Shown here piece by piece: positions 31,300 through 38,887 of a DNA stretch of 38,887 nt. A program made the translations under genes and the position numbers. This DNA comes from an uncultured Methanosarcinales archaeon. GTDB lineage: Archaea; Nanobdellota; Nanobdellia; Woesearchaeales; CAYZNE01. The stretch spans positions 1 through 38,887 of the forward strand of contig CAYONI010000006.1 in the NCBI GenBank assembly GCA_964405295.1. The letters are read 5' to 3'. The notes under the pieces are model-generated. The model had not been told where the DNA came from. It worked only from the letters and a program-made list of their open reading frames with translations, and made no database searches. Position 1 is the first letter of the stretch. Each line of letters begins with the position of its first letter.

Positions 31300-31954
31300 C
31301 TAAACCTCTTTGTGTAGCTTTCTTCTTAGCATTCTTCCATGCAGCCCAAGTCTTTCTGAAGAATGGATATTTATCAAAGTTTTGTTCTAAGAATGCTTTT
31401 GTTTTTGGATCGCTAGGATAACCACTACCAAAATCAACACTAAACTCTTTTTTTAAATGATAAATTGCCCTATCTCTTGTTACTTTGGCTATAATTGATG
31501 CAGCTGAGACAACAGGATAGTTTACATCTGCTTTATGTTCACAGATTACATCAATATCTTTTCCTAGCTTTTTTAGAAAATACTCTTTATATGCTTCAAG
31601 GTTCACACTTGGGCAATCAAGAATTATTTTAACCTTATCTGTGCCTAGTTCATCAATTAACTCATTGCATAACTTTGCTGAAGTTACTGCCTCTAGCCAA
31701 TTAAGATTTAATTCTGAATCATTTAATGCATCATCAACTTCTTTTGAACTTACTACATTCACAGTATACTGAAAGTTCTCTGATAAATCATCAAATAACT
31801 TATTTCTCTTTACAGAAGGAACCATTTTACTATCTTTTACTCCAAGATTCCTTAGATTTTGTTCTTTTTCTGCTTCAATTGCAAATGCGCACATAACCAT
31901 CGGTCCTATTACAGGGCCTCTTCCAGCTTCATCTACACCTATTAGTATTGCCAT
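31289..31954 (-). CDS. rnhB: Ribonuclease HII
   Basis: GVDEAGRGPVIGP, KDSK, SAASIIAKV.RD and GSGYPSDP motifs. Confidence 0.97.
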   Translation of the reverse strand: MAILIGVDEAGRGPVIGPMVMCAFAIEAEKEQNLRNLGVKDSKMVPSVKRNKLFDDLSENFQYTVNVVSSKEVDDALNDSELNLNWLEAVTSAKLCNELIDELGTDKVKIILDCPSVNLEAYKEYFLKKLGKDIDVICEHKADVNYPVVSAASIIAKVTRDRAIYHLKKEFSVDFGSGYPSDPKTKAFLEQNFDKYPFFRKTWAAWKNAKKKATQRGLGDY

Positions 31955-31986
31955 TTTATTTTTAGAATAATATATATTTATAAATT

Positions 31987-33123
31987 TTAAGTAAATCTAA
32001 CCTTTTTTCTTAGTTTATTTAGAAATTTGTTTGTAGGATTTACATATTGATTCATTACTTCATTTGCACTAGCAAGAAAAACATTTGGCCAATCAGTAGA
32101 TAATTTTTCCTGATTTTGAAAAACCATTAACTTCGCAACAAGATGAAGATCATAATGTTTACTTAGGAAATGATTATCAACTAAAATTTGTTTAATATCA
32201 GCTAACTTATTTGTAATATTTTTTTGTTCTGTAAAACCAGTTTTATTTTTAATAGAAATAATATCTGCCATAGTACTAGACAAAGAATTATAAAGATGAT
32301 TTGTTATAAATTGAGGTGTACCAAAAATTAAAGAAAAATAAGAACCACTACTTGAGAATTTTCTGTAATAATTTTCAAATCTTTCCCACTTATCAAGTTC
32401 ATGAAAATACCTTATATCTTTAGCAACTTCAATTTCTTTAACTAAGGGAACAATATATTTTGATAATTCATCAACTCTCTTGAAAACCTTACGATTAAAG
32501 AAATCAAAAGATTTTTTTACAGATTTATGAGAGAAATGTTTATCTATTTTCTCAAACCTATCAAGTATATCCTTTCTATCAGAGAAAACTTCAGGAACAA
32601 TAATTGAGTTGAGAAATGCAAAAAATTCTATAAATTCTGCAGGAACATTTACATTAGTTGTATTAGCTGGTAAATAACCTTTTCCTGATAACATATTAAC
32701 TTCAGAATTAACTAGAATTAGGGGATAATCATAACCTATATGGCGTTCATATGGATGTAAATGTTTTCTTACAGCATGTAATATTTCATGGGATAAAAAA
32801 TTATAATTAATAGGATAATCGAGCATCTGTTGATTCATAACTATTTTATTATGAATCTGAAATCCAGGTAAATCCCTTGATGGAAGATTAAAAAGCTCAA
32901 TTAATTCTTTTTCTTCGAATTTTAGAAGAGAACCATTATACTGTTTAATAAGGAGTTTTTGATAGCGCCCTTCTTGTTCTTCAGTTTTATATGGTTTAAC
33001 CTCAAAAGATGGCTTGGTGAATCTAGTAAAAGAATCTGCAGTCAAATTTAATCTGGTTATAACTCTATTAAAGAATTCATTAATAAAATCTTCACATTCT
33101 GCTTTGGAAGTCTTACTAGGCAT
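31987..33123 (-). CDS. Hypothetical protein with HExxH motif (possible zinc metalloprotease)
   Basis: LSHEILHAV with a downstream EFIEFFA segment. Confidence 0.55.
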   Translation of the reverse strand: MPSKTSKAECEDFINEFFNRVITRLNLTADSFTRFTKPSFEVKPYKTEEQEGRYQKLLIKQYNGSLLKFEEKELIELFNLPSRDLPGFQIHNKIVMNQQMLDYPINYNFLSHEILHAVRKHLHPYERHIGYDYPLILVNSEVNMLSGKGYLPANTTNVNVPAEFIEFFAFLNSIIVPEVFSDRKDILDRFEKIDKHFSHKSVKKSFDFFNRKVFKRVDELSKYIVPLVKEIEVAKDIRYFHELDKWERFENYYRKFSSSGSYFSLIFGTPQFITNHLYNSLSSTMADIISIKNKTGFTEQKNITNKLADIKQILVDNHFLSKHYDLHLVAKLMVFQNQEKLSTDWPNVFLASANEVMNQYVNPTNKFLNKLRKKVRFT

Positions 33124-33237
33124 ATACTATGAAAGTAACACACAGTATTTATATCTTTCTAAGAAATTCCGATAAATCCAAAATATTTCCGCTTGTTTAT
33201 AATTCAATTTTATGAACCTTGTTATTATTAGATTATT

Positions 33238-33738
33238 ATGGATAAAACAAAAACAGGAAAAGAAGTAGATAGAAAAAACATATTAAAAGAATTCTATGAA
33301 AATAATGCACTCACCAAGTTCTATAAAGAATTAAATTCTACAGAAAAAGCTAATATTAAAATAATATATATCCTGAAAACAATTATTGAAACAGAGCAAG
33401 ATTTTTATTTAAGTGAAAGAGAATTAAGAAAATTTAGGAAATCATTTAATAAATTTTATGAATATAAATTAGAAGTAGTTAAGAAAACAAAAGCATTAAT
33501 AGAAAAAAATCAAAATAGGGCAAATAAACTTGAAAATAAAATTAATTCAGAATATCCAGAGGTCACTGAAGAACTTCTAAGTAAAGGCAAAGAAACATTT
33601 CTAAAAGAAAAAATAAAACAATCAAATCAAGATCATTACCAATCTAGAAAAAGGGATTATAGCACTTTCAATAACTTATCTAAATTTATTTCAATGAACG
33701 CGCAGGGATTTTTTAGTTCTAGATTTGTAAGAACCTGA
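33238..33738 (+). CDS. Hypothetical protein
   Basis: 166-aa K/E-rich ORF; 3' end overlaps pheT in antisense by 82 nt. Confidence 0.55.
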   Translation: MDKTKTGKEVDRKNILKEFYENNALTKFYKELNSTEKANIKIIYILKTIIETEQDFYLSERELRKFRKSFNKFYEYKLEVVKKTKALIEKNQNRANKLENKINSEYPEVTEELLSKGKETFLKEKIKQSNQDHYQSRKRDYSTFNNLSKFISMNAQGFFSSRFVRT

Positions 33739-35309
33739 GGAGAGATTTCTCCAATTTTTCCAAGAACTTCATCCTTAATAATTATTTCTCCTGTTCTTCC
33801 TTCAATAAGCATAGGATGAATAATTTCTTTTAGTGAGAACTCTAGATCTAATTCTTTCATTAGAGTTGTTAACACTCTTTTTGCAGTTGTAAAATTTGCA
33901 TTTTTATTAGAAATTACAATTCCCAGCTTTTCTTCTTCTCTTATATTTGTTTCTTGTTTAGAATCATGATGAAATGTTGTTCCAATTTCAAATAGTGCAG
34001 CTTCTTGTTCGTTCTTTAGATTAAACTTTAGAGTTCCAAGCATTGACGCTGCAAGAGAGGTTCTCATTGAATTATACTCTGATGACACAGAACTTAAGAG
34101 CATTATAGGTTTTTCTTTATTATTAATTTGTTCTGTTTGTAATTCTGAATTTATTATTTCGTAGTTTTTTATTTCTAGCAATCCAAATCCTGCTAACATT
34201 TTCCTTAGTTTTCTTTGGAATACGTTTATGTCTAATTCTTTTGATGTTGAGGCAACCTTAGGTATCATTGGTTCGAAATTATCATAACCATACCCTATTG
34301 CTAGGTCTTCTACCAGATCAACTTTTCCTAGAATGTCTGCTCTGTAACAGGGTATTTCTACTTCTAATGAATTTATTTTTACTTGTACTCCATGGCCCAT
34401 TTTTTCTAGAGCATTCTTTGCATCAGCTGACTTAAAATTTACACCAAGAACATGTTTTACATATCGAATGTCTAGGTTCATCTTTTCTGTTTTTAATGAA
34501 GGAGTTATTTTGTCCTCGACTTGCATCTGGTAAATTTCTCCACCCATGTCTGCCATTACTGTTACAATTATATGTAGACATTTTTCTAGAACATCGAAGT
34601 TAAATCCTGAACACTCTATAAATACGTCTTTTGTTTTCTCTGTTACTCTGCCTGTTAATTCTGAATTTATTATTGGGGGCATACTCAATATTTGATCTTT
34701 AGAGTCTATAAATATTGGATAAACCTTTGCATCTTTTAGTAAATCTGCATATTTTATTCCTGCAGGGTGTTGTCTTAGAATTTGTGTTCCAGTCATTTCC
34801 CTATTTGATTCTAGTGGCAAAAACTTTATTTTATCTGGAGCCAGTGCTTTGTAATGTATTGGAAGTTTTATTTTTTCTAGAGGATAGATTCCTATTGCTA
34901 GTTTTTTTCTATCTCTTCCAAATGTTAAGTGTAATTTTTCTTGTAACTGGATTATCTCTTTTATTTTTAGATCATCTAATTTAAGATTTTTTATTATTGC
35001 ACAGGCAGTAAAGGGCCTTACCGCTTTTACTGATTTATCGACTATAACTTTGTAACCTTTTTTAGGTTCTTTTGCAGTGTATTTTATTAAGCCAATATCT
35101 TTTCCCAGGAATTGTTTTAATGCTCTTACTATAGAATAACCTGATAACATATCTGGCCTGTTTGGAAAGATCTCTACTATGATTTCATCACTAGTTATTT
35201 CTTCTGGATCTGTTCCTAGCATTGAAATCTTTTGCCTTAAAGCATTATCATCTAGTTTTAAGCCAGTTTCTTTCAATAAATATTTCTTATCTACAGTTAT
35301 ATTTGTCAT
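33657..35309 (-). CDS. pheT: Phenylalanine--tRNA ligase beta subunit
   Basis: PNRPDML, QEKLH, SMPPIINS and YRADIL...DLVEDLAIGYGY motifs. Confidence 0.96.
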   Translation of the reverse strand: MTNITVDKKYLLKETGLKLDDNALRQKISMLGTDPEEITSDEIIVEIFPNRPDMLSGYSIVRALKQFLGKDIGLIKYTAKEPKKGYKVIVDKSVKAVRPFTACAIIKNLKLDDLKIKEIIQLQEKLHLTFGRDRKKLAIGIYPLEKIKLPIHYKALAPDKIKFLPLESNREMTGTQILRQHPAGIKYADLLKDAKVYPIFIDSKDQILSMPPIINSELTGRVTEKTKDVFIECSGFNFDVLEKCLHIIVTVMADMGGEIYQMQVEDKITPSLKTEKMNLDIRYVKHVLGVNFKSADAKNALEKMGHGVQVKINSLEVEIPCYRADILGKVDLVEDLAIGYGYDNFEPMIPKVASTSKELDINVFQRKLRKMLAGFGLLEIKNYEIINSELQTEQINNKEKPIMLLSSVSSEYNSMRTSLAASMLGTLKFNLKNEQEAALFEIGTTFHHDSKQETNIREEEKLGIVISNKNANFTTAKRVLTTLMKELDLEFSLKEIIHPMLIEGRTGEIIIKDEVLGKIGEISPQVLTNLELKNPCAFIEINLDKLLKVL

Positions 35310-35310
35310 T

Positions 35311-36846
35311 TTATAATTTCAGGTGTGATTTTATTGTTCTTAATTGTTTGATATCATTATTGTATAAGTCTCTTATATCGTGGATATCATAGTATTGTGA
35401 AATTCCTCTTTCCATTCCTTGTCCCCATGCAAGAACAGGTATCTCTTTTCCGAATAACATTTTTGTTACTTCTGGTCTTATCATCCCTGCACCACCTAAT
35501 TCTACCCAAGTCTTCTTCTTTTTATTAAAATATTCTATTTCTACACTTGGCTCTGTGTAGGGAAAATGCGCAGGCCTTATTCTTATTTTATCATGCCCCA
35601 TTTTTGCATAGAACTTTTTTAGATATCCTAGTAAATGAGCAAAGTTAGCATTCTCGTCTACGACTATTCCCTCTACCTGATGTAACTCGAATAAGTGTTT
35701 CCAGTCTAAGGCTTCATTTCTGTAAACTTTATCTACTTTAAAGAATTTCTTAGGTAAGTCTTCTTCTTTTAAATTGTGTATTTCTAATGCTGATAAAACA
35801 GTTGTGTGAGTTCTAAGCATAACCTTCGCTGAAACTTCTTTTTTGAATTCTCCGCCCCAACCTCTAGAATCTTCATCTCCCTGCTCGTGCATCTTTTTTA
35901 CTGTATCATAAACTTTTGGAAGTTTTGCAGGTTTTACATCTAAGTAAAATGTGTCTTGCATTTCTCTTGCTGGATGATCTTGGGGAACAAACAGTGAATC
36001 CATGTCCCAGAATGCAGATTGTGCTTTTGTCCCACTCATTTCTTCGAAACCCATTGATAACCAAATTTTCTTTATGTAATCTATTGCTTGATTAACATAG
36101 TGAGATTTTCCTACGTTCAAGAGTGGCACATCAGCGTGGATATCATATGGTCTAAACTTCATTTTTTCCCATAGTCCGGATTTTAGGATTTCTGGTGAAA
36201 GTTTTTCTATGTATGATTCATTGAACACCTTTTGTTTTGTTATATCTGTGAATAACTTTGTTGTTTTGAATGTGTAGATATTTTTAGTTTCTAATTTTAA
36301 GAAGTTCTTTCTTATTTTTAGATTATTTAATGCGAATCTTTCTTCGTCTGTTAATTCGTCTTCATTTATGGGAAAATCTTTTTTCAAGAATTTTTCTTCT
36401 AATGATTCTTTTTCAAGTAATTTTTCTCCTACAGGAGTTATTTTTAAGATTAAACCTTTATCTGTTTTTTCAGTTGTGATTGCAGCTTTCTTTTTTAATA
36501 ATCCAATACTAAATCCTATCACTTCTCCAAACTCATTTTTTAGAATTGGCAAAGAAGCCTGCTTTTTCTTTTTCAAGAAAAGTATTACCTTTTTTTCTGG
36601 AAGCCCTGATTTTTTTACTTCTTCTCCATTTGAGTCTAGAAATATTAACTTTTTCTTAGTTGACTTTAACTCTATTATCTTTTTATTGCTTAACCACTGC
36701 AAGGCTCTCATTACTTCTATTTGCTTTAAACCAGAGTCTCTCTGTAAGAGTTCTAGAGTTGCAGGTTTTTTTGCTTTCATAACTTGCAATAGCTTTCTCT
36801 CTAATGGATGCAATGATTTTATGATATTATCTAGGTTCTCAGTCAT
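35311..36846 (-). CDS. pheS: Phenylalanine--tRNA ligase alpha subunit
   Basis: PQDHPAREMQDTF, LRTHTT, YRNE, FPYTEPS and GMIRPE motifs. Confidence 0.97.
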   Translation of the reverse strand: MTENLDNIIKSLHPLERKLLQVMKAKKPATLELLQRDSGLKQIEVMRALQWLSNKKIIELKSTKKKLIFLDSNGEEVKKSGLPEKKVILFLKKKKQASLPILKNEFGEVIGFSIGLLKKKAAITTEKTDKGLILKITPVGEKLLEKESLEEKFLKKDFPINEDELTDEERFALNNLKIRKNFLKLETKNIYTFKTTKLFTDITKQKVFNESYIEKLSPEILKSGLWEKMKFRPYDIHADVPLLNVGKSHYVNQAIDYIKKIWLSMGFEEMSGTKAQSAFWDMDSLFVPQDHPAREMQDTFYLDVKPAKLPKVYDTVKKMHEQGDEDSRGWGGEFKKEVSAKVMLRTHTTVLSALEIHNLKEEDLPKKFFKVDKVYRNEALDWKHLFELHQVEGIVVDENANFAHLLGYLKKFYAKMGHDKIRIRPAHFPYTEPSVEIEYFNKKKKTWVELGGAGMIRPEVTKMLFGKEIPVLAWGQGMERGISQYYDIHDIRDLYNNDIKQLRTIKSHLKL

Positions 36847-36930
36847 AGGTTTAGATTAATTCAGATTATTTATAAGTGTTTTGATGAAAATATAGTAAAG
36901 AATTTAAATCATTTATAAATAATAATTAGT

Positions 36931-37521
36931 ATGGTTCATGATCAATTCAAGCAAAGTAAAGGGACTCATCTAGAAAAACTTTTTCATACTGATAAATCTA
37001 AAAAGGGTGATGTTGATGAACTTGTTAAACCTTTGATTAATTTAATTAATTCTGATGATAATTATTTTACTACAAGTTCTTGTTCTGGCAGAATTATGAT
37101 TTTGATTCCTTCTAATGTTAAACAAGATGTTAAATGGTTATTCTTTTCTCATGAAGAGGTTAATGCTTCTGATTTAATTAATAAGATTCATAAATTTGCA
37201 GATGATAATAATAAAGAAATTTGGTTTAAAATTGAAGGATTTATTCTTCATGTTGCCTGTAAAGATATTGATTCTGCGCAAAAATTACTAAATATTGCAA
37301 AAGGTGTTGGTCTTAAAAGATCAGGAATTATTTCTACTACTTCTAAAGTAATGGTTGAAATTATTTCTTCTGAGTTGATTGAAACTCCTATTTCTAAAAA
37401 TAATAAATTGATGGTTGAAGATAATTATTTAGAGTTTGTTATTGATGAAGCGAATGCTAAGCTTAGAAGAACTCATAATAGAATTAAGAAGTTAGAAGAG
37501 GCGGTTAAATGTCTAAAATAA
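36931..37521 (+). CDS. taw3: tRNA(Phe) wyosine-derivative methyltransferase Taw3/Tyw3
   Basis: DKSKKGDVD, FTTSSCSGRI, ILHVAC and GLKRSGI motifs. Confidence 0.92.
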   Translation: MVHDQFKQSKGTHLEKLFHTDKSKKGDVDELVKPLINLINSDDNYFTTSSCSGRIMILIPSNVKQDVKWLFFSHEEVNASDLINKIHKFADDNNKEIWFKIEGFILHVACKDIDSAQKLLNIAKGVGLKRSGIISTTSKVMVEIISSELIETPISKNNKLMVEDNYLEFVIDEANAKLRRTHNRIKKLEEAVKCLK

Positions 37522-37940
37522 TATTATGTGGAAACCTAATTATTGATAAAGATAAAATACTTCTTTTATTTAGAGATAAACACCAGCACTATGAAACTCC
37601 AGGTGGAAAATTAGATAGTGATGAGTGTGTTGATATTAATAATCCAACAATTAAAGAGATTGAGAAAGCTGCAATCAGAGAATTATTTGAAGAAGTGGGT
37701 AATAATATTATGATTTCTGAACCTGAGTTCTTTGGTAGTTTTGATTTTGTTATTCCTGATGGCAGAGAAGCTGTTGCAAATAAGTTTATTATTAAGATAT
37801 TAAGTGGAAACCCTAGAATTAATGAACCTGAAATATTTTCTAAACTTGAATGGTTACCTATTGCTAAATTAGAAGAGTTTCCTATTTCTCCAGATTTGAA
37901 GTTGTTTGTAGAAATGTTGAAAGAAAGATTTGTTAAATAA
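37509..37940 (+). CDS. NUDIX hydrolase
   Basis: PGGK...AAIRELFEEVG Nudix box with a short insertion. Confidence 0.88.
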   Translation: MSKIILCGNLIIDKDKILLLFRDKHQHYETPGGKLDSDECVDINNPTIKEIEKAAIRELFEEVGNNIMISEPEFFGSFDFVIPDGREAVANKFIIKILSGNPRINEPEIFSKLEWLPIAKLEEFPISPDLKLFVEMLKERFVK

Positions 37941-37980
37941 ATGCTCAATAAACAGGGTTTATTGGCACCGAAAATCGGAA
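37941..37980 (-). repeat. Dispersed REP-like element, copy 4
   Basis: Minus strand reads TT-CCGA-ttt-TCGG-TGC-CAATAAAC-cct-GTTTATTG-AGCAT. Confidence 0.8.
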
Positions 37981-38000
37981 TAAAAAGAAAAAATTAGGGA

Positions 38001-38249
38001 TTACTCCCAGACAATATTCTTAAATTTGTGTTTTGTTGCAATCAAGATTAAATCAATTAACCACCAGATTCCTAAACCACCAAAAGTTATTAATTTTAGT
38101 ATTCCTAATCCAACATGGCCCATCATAAATCTATCAACACCAATAGTTCCAAAGATGATTGACATGATTAATGTTACAACCCAATTTACTTTTCTTTCTC
38201 CTACTACATTTGTTATGTTCGTTATATTTGTTATGTTTTTTTCTACCAT
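38001..38249 (-). CDS. TM2 domain membrane protein
   Basis: GVDRFMMGHVGLGILKLITFGGLGIWWLID signature; GAGGT SD. Confidence 0.9.
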   Translation of the reverse strand: MVEKNITNITNITNVVGERKVNWVVTLIMSIIFGTIGVDRFMMGHVGLGILKLITFGGLGIWWLIDLILIATKHKFKNIVWE

Positions 38250-38308
38250 AAATACCTCTCAATAATAAAATATAACCTATTTAGGGTTTAGAATTTAAAA
38301 AGGTTTAT

Positions 38309-38887
38309 TTATTTCCCTAGTATCTTCTTAAGAAATGACTGCTGTGGCTTATCTTCAACACTACTTAGCTCTTTGACTAGTTTCTTATGCTTTCCTGAAA
38401 GCTTTTTAGGAACTTCTATATTTATTTTTACTAGTTGATCACCATAAAAGTGTCCGTGTAGGTGTTTTATTCCTTTATCTCTCATTTTGAAAATTGTTCC
38501 TGGCTGCGTTCCACTGGGTATTTTCAGAATAGTTTTACCGTGTAGTGTTGGAACTTCTATTTTGTCTCCAAGAACTGCTTGAGTATAAGTTATAGGAACT
38601 TCTAGAATAATATCATATTCTCTTCTTTTGAAATATTTATGTTCTTTAACATAAACTTCTAGGTATAGATCTCCTGGAATTCCATCTTTTGGTGCTGCAT
38701 CTCCTTCGCTTTGCAGTCTTAATCTTGAACCATTTTCTATTCCTGCAGGGATTTTTATTTCTAGAGTTTTTTTCTTTTTGACTGTTCCTTTTCCATTGCA
38801 CACAGAACACATATTTTCTATTGTCTTGCCTTCTCCTCCACATTCAGAACATGTTCCTGTTGTTTGAAACATTCCAAACGGAGTTCT
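38309..38887 (-). CDS. dnaJ: Chaperone DnaJ (C-terminal part; 5' end outside the window)
   Basis: Frame open to the window edge (RTPFGMFQ); CxxCxGxG repeats; GDLYL and PSGTQPG motifs. Confidence 0.95.
   Translation of the reverse strand, partial: RTPFGMFQTTGTCSECGGEGKTIENMCSVCNGKGTVKKKKTLEIKIPAGIENGSRLRLQSEGDAAPKDGIPGDLYLEVYVKEHKYFKRREYDIILEVPITYTQAVLGDKIEVPTLHGKTILKIPSGTQPGTIFKMRDKGIKHLHGHFYGDQLVKINIEVPKKLSGKHKKLVKELSSVEDKPQQSFLKKILGK

Noticed and set aside
38210..38238. NIT-NIT-NIT micro-repeat in the TM2 protein
   Set aside because: Short imperfect 9-bp repeat, most likely ordinary slippage

Overview
Very AT-rich archaeal chromosomal segment, most likely from a DPANN archaeon (Woesearchaeota/Pacearchaeota-like, inferred from protein style). 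Core content: tRNA-Asp(GTC) and tRNA-Lys(TTT) followed by the RNA polymerase operon (rpoH, split rpoB''/rpoB', rpoA'/rpoA'', rpl30e, nusA, rps12, with no rps7 after it). Other housekeeping genes are the CCA-adding enzyme, an NSUN-type m5C methyltransferase, iPGM, EndoQ, RNase HII, pheS/pheT, Taw3, a NUDIX hydrolase and a partial dnaJ, interspersed with secreted or membrane proteins and orphans. No CRISPR array, transposase or integrase is visible. The most notable unexplained signals are: (1) a dispersed, strand-polarised two-hairpin REP-like element (TTCC-hairpin-GGTGCCAATAA-loop-TTATTGAGCAT) present four times, each just 3' of a co-oriented gene; (2) a related multi-branched structure before rpoH; (3) histone-H1-like Lys-rich N-terminal tails on two unrelated proteins (iPGM, RpoH); (4) an amino-acid permease-methyltransferase fusion; (5) a catalytically degenerate cis-prenyltransferase. 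All calls come from motif recognition by eye, and no database searches were run.
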